Notes: generated by a model from the letters alone, not told the origin. A stretch of DNA of 64,000 nt from Candidatus Latescibacterota bacterium (GCA_965205975.1 OZ242195.1:1120001-1184000), one strand, 5' to 3'; shown: positions 1-10,166, counted from the stretch's first letter. Numbers and translations: made by a program.

Positions 1-2
1 AA

Positions 3-104
3 CGATTCAACTCAAATTTTTCTTTGGCTGAAAAAGGGATGGCGTTTATAGAGCGTCAGGTTGGCGCAGGGAGATCTTTCTATGTGCCATTAAAAGAGCA
101 GTGA
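3..104 (+). pseudogene. possible 3' end of a truncated sulfatase-like gene, cut by the window edge
   Basis: Frame 3 reads RFNSNFSLAEKGMAFIERQVGAGRSFYVPLKEQ*. This resembles the mid-protein 'A..F.E.Q...GRPFY' segment of sulfatases but ends abruptly. Confidence 0.3.
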
Positions 105-173
105 ACACCTCCATTTCGGCAGGAGGGAAGACCCGACGCAGGGCCAGAAATCCATAAGCCTCGCCTAACACGC

Positions 174-208
174 TACGCCGCGCTAACTTGTGCGGCGTAT
201 TCTTTTTT
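174..208 (+). terminator. intrinsic terminator-like hairpin
   Basis: TACGCCGC...GCGGCGTA stem followed by a T-rich tract. Confidence 0.6.
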
Positions 209-517
209 CGCCTGATGTTATGCAATTAACCACAGATAAACAGCGCAGCGGACAGATGGACAAGTGGTACATATCTTTCACATGACCGCCCAATCATCGC
301 TCAAAATATACAGAGATTGTTCTGCGCCAAACAGGTGATCCTTAAATTCAAGTTGAAAAAAAAGGGCAATACAGCATATTGAAGGACATAATAAGGGTAT
401 TTGATGCTGTCCATACCTTTTGTCGTGCGATGCTGTGACATTGGCCTGATATTTGCTTGAGTTCTGACTGTTGCGTTTGTCCAAAATACGACCAACTCTT
501 AGACCAGGGCATCTCAA

Positions 518-907
518 ATGGCCGAATTTGATACGATATCCAAACACCTGATTCAGAAATATCCCGACGGCTTTGCCAACTTGAAGGAGGGCATCATGGA
601 TCTGATCCGCGAATCATCACTTTTTCAATCCCTTACCCAGGAAAGCAGAGAGGAAGCCAGAGAGGAAGGTTTTGAGCAGGGCAGAGAAGAGGGTGTTGAG
701 CAAGGCATTGAGCAAGGGGGTAGAGAACGCGCTATTGAGGATATCCTCGACGTGCTGGAGATTCGATTTGATCTCCGCCAGACAGATCCCTTATCTGCTC
801 GCATTTCAGCTATTGGAGATTTACAACGTCTCAAGCAGTTGCACCGTGCGGCGATAGAGGTGTCCAATCTTGATGAATTTGAACGCATGTTAGATTCAAC
901 GACGTGA
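518..907 (+). pseudogene. Rpn/DUF4351-like (YhgA-type) protein with a large internal deletion
   Basis: N-terminus MAEFDTISKHLIQKYP joins directly to the typical C-terminus (ESS.FQ, EQG repeats, VLEIRF, LKQLHRAAI). The nuclease core is absent; only 129 aa. Confidence 0.6.
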
Positions 908-908
908 T

Positions 909-1154
909 ATGAAAAAAATATCATCCATCCCAATTTACACCATCGGTTACGGTAGCCGTTCTATTGAGCAATTCATCGAAGTACTACAACAACATGAAAT
1001 TGCCTACCTTATCGATGTGCGCTCAGCTCCTTATTCTCGCTATAAACCCGAATTTTCCAAAGAGGCACTGGAGGCGAAGCTGCAACAGCACCGAATTCGG
1101 TATGTGTTCATGGGCGATACGTTGGGCGGGCACCCCGATGACGAAACTTGTTAT
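909..1154 (+). pseudogene. DUF488 family protein, 5' fragment interrupted by the IS
   Basis: IYTIGYGSRS, LIDVRSAPYSR, YVFMGDTLGG motifs; similarity stops at TTAT 1151-1154. Confidence 0.8.
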
Positions 1155-1391
1155 CTTACAGCCCGTAAGACCCACTCGCAGAGAGCTTTCGCGTTGGGAA
1201 GCGGACGCGAGTTAGCGAGCGTTGTTTTGCAAGGGCTTCCGAATTTATGGTGCGGTGCTTCCGTGTAAAATCATCACGGAACATGCTTAGCATGGTGGCA
1301 CATTGCTCAAGACAATGTGGGCGGTGGAGCGGTGTATAAGTGCGCCAGCACTTCATCGACCAAAATCATCCGTTCACTGACTACATAAAAT

Positions 1392-1420
1392 TTGCATAAA
1401 TCACTGTTTTTGTGTATATT
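1392..1420 (+). promoter_or_regulatory. sigma70-like promoter for tnpB, probably a leaderless transcript
   Basis: TTGCAT-17 bp-TATATT; ATG lies 6 nt after the -10 box with no RBS. Confidence 0.55.
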
Positions 1421-1426
1421 TATACT

Positions 1427-2533
1427 ATGGAATACTTAACATACAAATACAAAATGTATAGTCGCTGTGATCGCAATATGTATATCCATAGGGATATAGA
1501 TTCTTTTGCTGAGGTGTATAATCATTTCATTGCCTTGCACAAGCGATACTATCGGCGTTTTGGTAAATATCCGAGTAAGTTCACAATGATTAACCATTTG
1601 GCAAAGCTAAAAAGAACAACACGCTTTGCACATTGGCGTTTGTTGCCGTCACAGGCATTGCAAAATGTGGTTGAGCGCATAGACTTTGGCTATCAGAAAT
1701 TCTTTGCCAGAGACAACAAGCGTCCGCCCACATTCAGGTCTCGCTTTCGGTATCAGTCTTATACGCTGAAGCAAACAGGATATAAATTCCTTGAGCGTAA
1801 CAAGGTGCGTATTGGCAAGCGTATATTCAGATACCATAAGAGCAGAAAGTTCGATGTCGAGCGTATCAAGATGGTCACAATCAAACGTGACCGCGTAGGC
1901 GATTTGTGGCTATGTGTTGTTGCAAAGGCTGAGGGTATCAAGTCATTCATGATCAAGAACGGTAAAACCGCAGGTTTTGATTTTGGCTTGCAAACATATC
2001 TAACAGCCTCAGACAGCACAAGGACACAATCGCCATTGTTCTTCAATCGTAATTCGAGGAAAGTCAAAAAGGCTAATCGCAATCTTTCTCGTAAAAAGAA
2101 AGGGAGCAACAATCGTCACAGGGCAAGCGTAAATCATGCCAGAGTGCATAGGCGCGTTGCGAATCAGCGTAGAGACTATCACTGGCGACTTGCCTATCAA
2201 CTGTGTAAAGACTATGACGTTATGTTCTTTGAGACTTTGAACATTGACGCCATGAAACAGTTGTGGGGCAGAAAGATTAGCGATTTGGGCTTTTCAAACT
2301 TCTTGTCCATACTCAAGTATGTGGCAAAAAAGACGGGCAAAGTTGTCAAACAAATCGACAAATGGCTACCCACGTCAAAGACATGCTCGGCTTGTGATAC
2401 AGTGAAAGAGGACCTCGAATTGCGAGAGAGAACATTCCATTGTTGCGCGTGTGGTCTTGAGATAGACAGAGACCTCAACGCGGCGACAAACATTCACAGG
2501 TGGGGGCGTCCACCTATGGCGGAGGTAGCGTAA
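1427..2533 (+). CDS. tnpB: RNA-guided endonuclease TnpB
   Basis: N-terminal TYKYKMY/VYNHFIAL, RuvC GFDFG (D), FETLN (E), DRDLNAA (D), zinc ribbon CSAC...CCAC. Confidence 0.95.
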   Translation: MEYLTYKYKMYSRCDRNMYIHRDIDSFAEVYNHFIALHKRYYRRFGKYPSKFTMINHLAKLKRTTRFAHWRLLPSQALQNVVERIDFGYQKFFARDNKRPPTFRSRFRYQSYTLKQTGYKFLERNKVRIGKRIFRYHKSRKFDVERIKMVTIKRDRVGDLWLCVVAKAEGIKSFMIKNGKTAGFDFGLQTYLTASDSTRTQSPLFFNRNSRKVKKANRNLSRKKKGSNNRHRASVNHARVHRRVANQRRDYHWRLAYQLCKDYDVMFFETLNIDAMKQLWGRKISDLGFSNFLSILKYVAKKTGKVVKQIDKWLPTSKTCSACDTVKEDLELRERTFHCCACGLEIDRDLNAATNIHRWGRPPMAEVA

Positions 2534-2639
2534 GACTTGCCGAACTTCGGGGAAGCAAGCAACTACTGTTGATCCCACAATCCCTGCTGAAGCAACAAGG
2601 TTCTACAATCCCAATGCTTTAAATTTGGGAGTACGCCAA

Positions 2640-3192
2640 CAATGTCTTACTCGGTTCAAAAGCAAAGAAGGTTGTTAAGAACCGGCACCACCAACTCTCC
2701 TCCTATGGCACCGGCAAGGAATATGACAAAACACAGTGGAAACATCTGGTACTACAATTCCTCCAACATGGGCTTCTCAATCGAGATCTACAACACGGCA
2801 GTCTCAAGCTGAGACCTGATGGGCGTGAGGTGATCAGAGGCAAAATGCAGTTTTGGGGATTTCCAGTGGATTCGGCAGACCACATTACTGAAGAACCTGT
2901 TCATGATACGACATCCGAAGAATCAAACGAATATAGTCATGAACTTTTCGAGCTACTTCGCACTAAACGCAGAGAGTTATCGGAGGCTGAACACGTACCA
3001 GCGTTCGTTGTTTTTCACGACAGGACGTTGCGAGCAATGGCTGCCCAATTACCACAATCGGTGGAAGCATTCGGACAGGTTTCCGGTGTCGGTCCTGTGA
3101 AACTTGAGAAATATGCCGATGTCTTTTTGCCTATCATTTGTGATTATTGCCAAAAACACGGGCGAAATTTTCATGCCCAAAGGCAGGGATAA
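2640..3192 (+). pseudogene. recQ: RecQ helicase 3' fragment (RQC + HRDC domains)
   Basis: Frame from 2641 reads NVLLGSKAKKVV..HHQLSSYGTGKEY..QWKHL..GSLKL (RQC), then LFELLRTKRRELSEAEHVPAFVVFHDRTL..GVGPVKLEKY (HRDC). The helicase core is missing. Confidence 0.85.
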
Positions 3193-3240
3193 TTGGATTC
3201 TGGTTTATCCGCCAGGACCTGATCTCGAAGCGCTTTGAAT

Positions 3241-3906
3241 TTATGGATCACTTCCAGCAGACCATGTATTGCCGCCTGCCCGGACGGTTCCTTCTGCTTT
3301 TAGAAACTCCGCGCAGTGGATCCCGCCGCCCAGACTGTTGACAGATGTGATTTCGTGGCCCATTTCGATCAATCCCTTCACAATATCATCGGGCAAGGCA
3401 CGGGTCACACTTACCGGCTCGTGGGTTTGTACATGCATCCTCGGTCCACTGACAGCCTCGAAGGATGTTGCGCCGTAATCGACGATTTTTTGGGCCGCAC
3501 GCGCGTTCACAGAGATGATACGCCTGCCGCCTGGCATTCCAATCGCCACATCCCGATCTGGAAGCTGAATGATGAGCGGAACTGTGTTGTTCAGCGGTCG
3601 CTTGAGCGAAGCCACGGAATTTTTGCGACCGGGTCTGGGATCTAATCTGCACATTCCATGTCCCAGAATGATGCCTGTATCCGGCACCGTAACAAGGGAA
3701 CCGAAGGCACCGCCTTGAGAAATTGTTACGGACGCCACATTTCCTTCGGCATCTGCGGAGCAGCATGCCATACTGGTCGCCACTGCTGCATCAAAGGCAT
3801 TGCCGCCCTGTTCGAGTATTCTCGCACCGACTCTTGCCGCCTCTGGAGGCCCGGCTGCAACTGCTCCTGTTGTGCTGGTAACTTCTTGTCCCTCAGTCAT
3901 ATTCAA
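3241..3906 (-). pseudogene. ggt: gamma-glutamyltransferase with an in-frame internal deletion
   Basis: GARILEQGGNAFDAAVA N-terminus is fused at ~3760 to small-subunit SADAEGNVASVT..GGAFGS..PGGRRI. Most of the large subunit and the Thr nucleophile are missing. Confidence 0.8.
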
Positions 3907-3924
3907 TTTTCCTGTGTTATTTCA

Positions 3925-4671
3925 TTAATTTGCGCCAACATTACTTGGCGTCCGTTGATTGGCGCACATAAGGTGGCGTACTAAGTCAGAAGGGTTTTTT
4001 AACTCTGCCAATTGGCCGCGCATGTCTTCTTGTGGGATGAACCAGGGGCGCATATACATGCCGAGGAGGACAGATCGAATTTCATCGGTTTGGTTTGGGC
4101 GAGCTGTGTGCCAGCAGGCACCGTGCATGACAATGGCGCTTCCGCGTTTGCCGGTGAGGATTTTACCGCCGTTGATCCATTGGCTTTTGAGTTCGGGCGG
4201 TGGCGGTTCGCCTTTGAGGTGGCTTTGGGGCAGCATGGCGGTTGCGCCATTTTCTTCGGTGAGATCATTCAGAAGCCAGATGGTTTGACCTGCGAGACGG
4301 CCGGGTGGCCAGGGCGGTTGCACAGACCAATAAGGGTAGTCTGAATGCCAGCCAAAACTGTCTGCGCCCGGATAGACTGTATTGCCAGACCAGGTGGAGC
4401 AGACCATGTCGTCACCGAGGTATTTGCGCCACAGGGTTACGATGGTCGGGTGAGACAGGAGGTCGAGAAAGATAGGGTGCTTGACGGCGATGCGCCCTAC
4501 GCGCTGCGTTTTGGTTGCAAGCGATTGCTCGGTGGCTTCTTCTTTGAGAAGTTGCTCAAGAATACCTCGTGCTTCATCGGCTTTCTTTTCTGGGATGACC
4601 GAAGGAATGATGTGAAAACCCACTTCATCGAGATCGGTCATGATTTTTTTATAGTCGAGATTTGTTGGCAT
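3925..4671 (-). CDS. phytanoyl-CoA dioxygenase (PhyH) family protein
   Basis: WHSD, ENGAT..PQSH, WHTARPN motifs. Confidence 0.9.
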   Translation of the reverse strand: MPTNLDYKKIMTDLDEVGFHIIPSVIPEKKADEARGILEQLLKEEATEQSLATKTQRVGRIAVKHPIFLDLLSHPTIVTLWRKYLGDDMVCSTWSGNTVYPGADSFGWHSDYPYWSVQPPWPPGRLAGQTIWLLNDLTEENGATAMLPQSHLKGEPPPPELKSQWINGGKILTGKRGSAIVMHGACWHTARPNQTDEIRSVLLGMYMRPWFIPQEDMRGQLAELKNPSDLVRHLMCANQRTPSNVGAN

Positions 4672-4684
4672 TTTTGCTCCTGTT

Positions 4685-5851
4685 TTATTTCACTGCATAC
4701 TGCATCAATTTTTCTTCGTCGATTTCAATGCCGAGTCCCGGGCGGTCGGGGAGTTCGAGATAGCTGCCATTTCGGGTGAGGGAGTGCTTCAGGATCTGGT
4801 CGCTTTTTAGCTGGAAGCTCTGGTCGAAGTGTTCCATGATGACAAAGTTGAGGATGCCTGCCGAGAGTTGAAGTTGCGCGGCGGTAGAAAGGACGTTGCC
4901 CGCGCCAACTGCAGGGGCGAGTGGGATGTCGAAGGTTTCGGCGAGGTGGGCGATGCGCTGGCTGCCCGTGATGCCTGTTCGCGCGAGGTCGGGCAGGAGA
5001 ATGTCGGCGGCATGTGCTTCCAGAACAGCGCGAAATTGATAGGCGTTGTAATATTCCTGGCCGATGCAGATGGGCAGGGTGAGGTCGCGCGGCACTTCGG
5101 CATGGCGGCGGAGGTCTTCGCTGGGTACGGGCGATTCGAGCCAGAAGACGTCGAATTTTTCGAGTTCTTTGCCCAGGGCAATTGCGCCGGGTACGTCGTA
5201 ATGCCAGGTGAGATCGACGAGGATATCGACGTCGGGACCAACGGCTTCGCGTGTGGCTTCTACGACGGCAACGGCATTTTTTAGAGGGCGGTTGAGGTGA
5301 TATTTGACTGCGTCGTAACCCATTTCAACGGCTTTGAAGGCTTGCTCAACACCGATTTCGGGCGTGGAACCATGAATGTTGTTGTAGATACGCACTTTGT
5401 CGCGGTAGGGGCCACCGAGGAGGACGTAGCAGGGGACGTCGAGGGCTTTGCCCGATAGATCCCAGAGGGCGTTGTTGATACCCGCAAGGGCGGCCGCGAG
5501 ATAACCCGCGCGGTAACCTCGACCGCGCATCGTGCCGTAGGTCATGTCGTAGAGCTTTTCGCGGGCGAGTGGATTTTCGCCGATGAGAATGGGCGTGAAC
5601 AGGCGATCTACGACTGCTTTGGTGGCTTCAGGAACGAGCAGAGATTGGCCTTCGCCCCATCCGACAAGGCCATTGTCGGCGGTGATTTTGACAAAGAGTG
5701 CTTCGGCATAGCGCGCAGCCGCCATGTCGTCGATGGGAGGCGTTGTGTCATAGGAGAGCGATTTGCGAGACCGCGCATAATCGGGAATATTTTCAGCGAT
5801 ATTGGGACGGGGTAATTTGACGACATAGGCGTCGATTTGTTCTATTCTCAT
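4685..5851 (-). CDS. mandelate racemase/muconate lactonizing enzyme family protein
   Basis: GWGEG, ALWDLSGK, KYH, D/E/E metal ligands, RPGLGIEID. Confidence 0.9.
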   Translation of the reverse strand: MRIEQIDAYVVKLPRPNIAENIPDYARSRKSLSYDTTPPIDDMAAARYAEALFVKITADNGLVGWGEGQSLLVPEATKAVVDRLFTPILIGENPLAREKLYDMTYGTMRGRGYRAGYLAAALAGINNALWDLSGKALDVPCYVLLGGPYRDKVRIYNNIHGSTPEIGVEQAFKAVEMGYDAVKYHLNRPLKNAVAVVEATREAVGPDVDILVDLTWHYDVPGAIALGKELEKFDVFWLESPVPSEDLRRHAEVPRDLTLPICIGQEYYNAYQFRAVLEAHAADILLPDLARTGITGSQRIAHLAETFDIPLAPAVGAGNVLSTAAQLQLSAGILNFVIMEHFDQSFQLKSDQILKHSLTRNGSYLELPDRPGLGIEIDEEKLMQYAVK

Positions 5852-5878
5852 TTGTGATTCCTTTCTCCCATTTGTCAA

Positions 5879-7309
5879 TTATGCAACGCCCCAGCCAGGA
5901 TACTTATCCGGATCAGCAAACTCCTGTCCCAATTCCAAAAAGCCACGGGGGCCACGCCTACCGTATTCAAATGGATCTTTTGTACCTTCCATCCAACGAT
6001 GCAATCTTTCTTCCATTTCTTGAAGTGCTGGCCGCGCTTCAGCAGAATTCGCCAGGTTAACCATTTCGAGCGGATCTTCCTGCCGGTCAAACAGATAGGG
6101 GCCTCGCTCATTAGCAAACCAACGCGCATAGGTATAGCGTTCGGTGCGCACACCGCGCCAGCGCCCAACCCAACCGTCGCGATTGGGCCAACCATGTGCC
6201 ATATTCTGCAAATAGACAGACTCCGATCCGCCAGGCGTTAACTCCGTATCTGCAGGTGCTTCACCACCCTGCCACACGCTCGAAATATCTCGCCCTTGCA
6301 AACCTTCTGGCAACGGCACGCCACAAGCACCGAGCAATGTAGGTACAATATCAATCGCACCAAAGAAGGCATCCGTTCGTGTACCAGCTTCAATAGCATC
6401 GGGCCAGCGCACCACAAACGGCACATGGCAAGATTCTTCATAAGGTGTTGCCTTTGAAGCCCGCATCGACTCGTCCAACCATCTACTACTGGGTTTGCCA
6501 TACCCATGGCTTGAAAGGTGGTCTCCATGATCTGATGTATAACAGACAATTGTATTGTCTTTGACCCCTAAGCGATCCAGGGCTTCCAACAATCGCCCCA
6601 TCTCTGCATCAAGTCCTGTACAACACCCGTAATAGTCTGCAAGTTCCTCATGTGCCCATGCTTTCATCTCGTCTGGTACATTGCCCGGCACATCCATGTC
6701 TGCAGGATTATAAATATTATATTCGTCGGGATACTGCTTATATGGCCAGTGAGGAGGTCGCCAGGATACAAAGACGGCAAATGGATCGTCTGTTCGGGCA
6801 TTCAGGTGTTTTTCTATAAATTGAATAGCCAAATCCGTTTCGTTCGTTGGTGCCCAGCCTCCGTAAAAGTTCGGGCCCTCATCGTTTTCGTAATAGGTTC
6901 TGTCGAAGTAGGCGCCTTGCCCTCTCCCGCCTGCCAGCGCCGCAAGATAATCCAGCCCGTATCGATTGTCGTCGCCGTACGGCCCTTTACCCAGATGCCA
7001 TGTACCCACGTGCGCAGTGCCATACCCATGCTCGCGCAAAGTGCCTGGCAAGGTTGGGATATCTCGTCGCGGACTGTACTCATTATCAATTACCAAATTT
7101 TGCCAACCATACCGACCGGTTAACAAAATCGCTCGATAAGGCGAACACAGCGGGTGGTTGGAAAACATATTGTCACACACCATTCCTTCGACTGCCATCG
7201 CATCCAAAACAGGCGTTTGGATTACGTCATTGCCATTCGCACCCAGCGCGCTATAACGCTGCTGATCAGAAAATACGAACAGAATATTTGGGCGTTTCTC
7301 ATTACTCAT
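5879..7309 (-). CDS. sulfatase (Cys-type)
   Basis: PNILFVFSDQ, CSPYRAILLTG, TSDHG. Confidence 0.93.
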   Translation of the reverse strand: MSNEKRPNILFVFSDQQRYSALGANGNDVIQTPVLDAMAVEGMVCDNMFSNHPLCSPYRAILLTGRYGWQNLVIDNEYSPRRDIPTLPGTLREHGYGTAHVGTWHLGKGPYGDDNRYGLDYLAALAGGRGQGAYFDRTYYENDEGPNFYGGWAPTNETDLAIQFIEKHLNARTDDPFAVFVSWRPPHWPYKQYPDEYNIYNPADMDVPGNVPDEMKAWAHEELADYYGCCTGLDAEMGRLLEALDRLGVKDNTIVCYTSDHGDHLSSHGYGKPSSRWLDESMRASKATPYEESCHVPFVVRWPDAIEAGTRTDAFFGAIDIVPTLLGACGVPLPEGLQGRDISSVWQGGEAPADTELTPGGSESVYLQNMAHGWPNRDGWVGRWRGVRTERYTYARWFANERGPYLFDRQEDPLEMVNLANSAEARPALQEMEERLHRWMEGTKDPFEYGRRGPRGFLELGQEFADPDKYPGWGVA

Positions 7310-7328
7310 GGGGATTCCTTTCATGTGG

Positions 7329-10166
7329 TTACAGGAGGATCTTGAGCATGTTGCTCAGTAAACGATCCGCTACCGGGTCTGTGCCCAGGTTTTCGACAAT
7401 GCGATGGGTACACAGGACATACTTGCCATTGCCGTGGGCGATTTGTGTCAGATCAGCGCCGTGAAAGGCTTCAGTGACGCCGATGTAGTTTTGTTTGTGT
7501 TTGAGGCCCGCATACCAGTCGTAGGTGATGTTGCCGCCGATCCAGTCGGTTTTGGGTTCTACAATGGACCACTGGGAGGAGATGTTTTGATATTCTTGTC
7601 CCATCAGGCAATTTGAGGGCAAGCCATCGTAGAAGGGGTGGTCTTTGACGACATGACTGCAAGGGGTCCATAATCCTTTGCCGGAGTAGAGTGATAGTGG
7701 GAATGGAAAGAGGATGTCTTTGTCGATGTGGCGAGACATGCGGCTTTTTCCCGGTGCCATTTTGAGAAGGTGCATGGCTGGCAGGTTGAGGAAGAGTGCT
7801 GTACCGCCGTTTTCAACCCATGTGGCGAGATCGGCGAAGCGGGTATCGGGTTTGCCGTTCCAGCCCTGGAGGTTGACGAGTGCGAGCTGGTCTGTGGGTG
7901 TTCGGGTGGAGAAGTCGGTGGTGTTGGAAAGATATCTGCCGAGTGCGCCGTTGAGGTCGATTGTCGCAAGGGGCACATCTGGAATGGCGGATTTGCTTTT
8001 GTCGAGGACGTAGATGCTGGACTGGTTTTTGATGGGGGCTGCGTCGTCAGATGTGAATGTCACTTCGATCTGGCATAGACCTTCAATGCCACGGGTGTTG
8101 ACTTCGTAAGTCGCCAGGTCTGTGATGCCGGTGGGTATTGTTATTTGTTCGTTTATGTCGAGAAGATTCTGTCCGTCGTTTGCGGTAACGCGAAGGGAGA
8201 GTGTGCCCGATAGATCGTTTTTGTCATTGACGGTGGTGAGCAGGATTTGAACGGTTTCGCCTGCATAGACATTTTGTTTGCCGGGGCGAATGGCGATATA
8301 ATGATCGGCGAATACTTCTTTGATGGCGTAATAGGGCTTTTTGGGATTGCGGAAGTTGTCGATTAAGCCAGCGCCGAGGACCCAGTCTCCGTCGTTGAGC
8401 GCGTGGATGCCGATACCCGCGATGTCGGGATTGATGCGGCAGGCTTCGGTCATGAGTTTGTTGCCTGTGGCGTGGATTTCCTGACAAGCTTGTACAAAGG
8501 CGTGGAAGTTGGGGAAAATTTGATCTGCTCCGGTTTCGCGGAAGACCGAGAGATACGAATTGAGGAGGCGTTCGTGCATGCGGTAATCCGGTGTGATGGG
8601 ATTGCCCTCTTTTTTGTACTGTTCAAAATTTGCTTCGAGGTCGGGGATACTGCCATACCCGAGTTCTGAGATATTGGTGAGCAAGTCGGGTTTAATTTTG
8701 CTGTTGGTGAACTGGGCAATTTCTAATCCCAGTTCTTTGAGTTGCGCCTCGGTTTTGCCGAGTGCGAGCAAATTGTCATAACTGCGTTGGGGAAAGGGCG
8801 TGCCGGGATAGTTGTGTACATCGTTGATGACAATGGGTTCGTAGGAGCCGGGAAGATAAATGCTGCATCCATCGGCAAATCCGCCTGCTTCGTCGATGAT
8901 CATGCGGGTGTGATCGCATTCACGCGCTTTTAAGGATACGCTGTGTTTGAGGCGTTTTAGTCCGTCGCGCATGATTTCGTTAAACATTTCCCAGATGACG
9001 ATGGAGGGATGGTTGCGGTCGCGTTTGACCATTTCCGTGGCTTCATTTTCGATGCGTTGTTGGGTGTATGGGGTAATCTGGGGCCAGTTGTCCATGCATT
9101 CGACGGGGAGTGCGCCTACAAATAGGACACCCATTTCGTCTGCGAGGTCATATACGATTGGCGGTTGGGGTTTGCGCCACGGGCGGATCATGTTGATGTT
9201 GCCGTCTTTGATGAGTTGAAATTCTTTTTTTAGAAGATTGAGGTCGCGTGGGTATGCGAGGGAGTGTGGATAGAAGGCTTCGTTGAAGGTGGTCTTGAGG
9301 ATGATTTTTTCGCCGTTTAAGTAGAAGTTTTTGCCTTTGGCTGTAAATTCTCGGAAGCCGAAGCGCGTTTTTTCAATATCTGAGGTTTCGCCCTCAAGGG
9401 CGACTGTGGTGGTGGCGACGTAGAGATTGGGATCGTCGAGTTGCCAGAGTTTGTGGTTTGGGATAGTGAATATTTCTTCGCGGTGGCTTGTGCCGGGATT
9501 CAGGCTGAGCGTTTCTTGTCCAGAGGCGATCTGTGTGTCGCTTTTGTATTCGGTGATTGACCAGGTGATGGTCGCGGATTGTATTCTCAAATCTCGATTT
9601 TGAAATGTGTTGGCGATGTTGACTTCGCCCGTGTGGATGTCGGATGTAACGAATGTGTCGTCAACGTACACTGGCCCCGTAGCGATGAGGGAAACCGATT
9701 GCCAGATGCCACCGGCGATTGCGCCGCGCCAGTGGGGCATGTCATCGCGGCCTATGCCATCAATGACTACGTCTCGGAGGATGAGGGGCGTGATGACGCG
9801 AACAGCGATGAAGTTTTCGCCTTCGGTTAAGAGGTCGTCTATCAAGAGTTCAAAGCCGATGTATCCGCCTTCGTGTGCGCCAGCGGCTTCGCCATTGACC
9901 CAGATTTCTGCGCGGTAGTTGACTGCTTCAAAATGCAGGCGGATGGTTTTGTTTTGCCAGTTATCAGGAAGTGTGAAGGTTTTGCCATACCAGGCGACGC
10001 CTTCGTAATCTTGTTTGAATTCTTCGAGACATGCGGGAACGGTTATTTGCTCTAAGTCTTCGCAGGCGTAAAAATTTTCGCGGTGCAGTAAGTTGAGCGT
10101 GCGGCCCTTGTTGTCGTGATCGTAAATAACTTGCCAGGTTCCGTCGAGTGAGTGGGTTTGTTTCAT
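7329..10166 (-). CDS. glycoside hydrolase family 2
   Basis: LHFEAVNY.AEIWVNG, RFGFREF, RDRNHPSIVIWEMFNE, ISELG. Confidence 0.9.
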   Translation of the reverse strand: MKQTHSLDGTWQVIYDHDNKGRTLNLLHRENFYACEDLEQITVPACLEEFKQDYEGVAWYGKTFTLPDNWQNKTIRLHFEAVNYRAEIWVNGEAAGAHEGGYIGFELLIDDLLTEGENFIAVRVITPLILRDVVIDGIGRDDMPHWRGAIAGGIWQSVSLIATGPVYVDDTFVTSDIHTGEVNIANTFQNRDLRIQSATITWSITEYKSDTQIASGQETLSLNPGTSHREEIFTIPNHKLWQLDDPNLYVATTTVALEGETSDIEKTRFGFREFTAKGKNFYLNGEKIILKTTFNEAFYPHSLAYPRDLNLLKKEFQLIKDGNINMIRPWRKPQPPIVYDLADEMGVLFVGALPVECMDNWPQITPYTQQRIENEATEMVKRDRNHPSIVIWEMFNEIMRDGLKRLKHSVSLKARECDHTRMIIDEAGGFADGCSIYLPGSYEPIVINDVHNYPGTPFPQRSYDNLLALGKTEAQLKELGLEIAQFTNSKIKPDLLTNISELGYGSIPDLEANFEQYKKEGNPITPDYRMHERLLNSYLSVFRETGADQIFPNFHAFVQACQEIHATGNKLMTEACRINPDIAGIGIHALNDGDWVLGAGLIDNFRNPKKPYYAIKEVFADHYIAIRPGKQNVYAGETVQILLTTVNDKNDLSGTLSLRVTANDGQNLLDINEQITIPTGITDLATYEVNTRGIEGLCQIEVTFTSDDAAPIKNQSSIYVLDKSKSAIPDVPLATIDLNGALGRYLSNTTDFSTRTPTDQLALVNLQGWNGKPDTRFADLATWVENGGTALFLNLPAMHLLKMAPGKSRMSRHIDKDILFPFPLSLYSGKGLWTPCSHVVKDHPFYDGLPSNCLMGQEYQNISSQWSIVEPKTDWIGGNITYDWYAGLKHKQNYIGVTEAFHGADLTQIAHGNGKYVLCTHRIVENLGTDPVADRLLSNMLKILL

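Larger units (their letters stand above)
1155..2639 (+). mobile_element. IS200/IS605-family element, tnpB only (IS1341-like)
   Basis: Preceded by TTAT. Left-end guide AAGA (1167-1170) lies before hairpin CCCA...TGGG. Right end CAATCCCAATGCTTTAAATTTGGGAGTACGCCAA resembles the IS608 right end. Confidence 0.85.

Noticed and set aside
278..547. short minus-strand ORFs
   Set aside because: No motifs or RBS; overlap the start of a better-supported plus-strand gene or lie in apparent intergenic DNA
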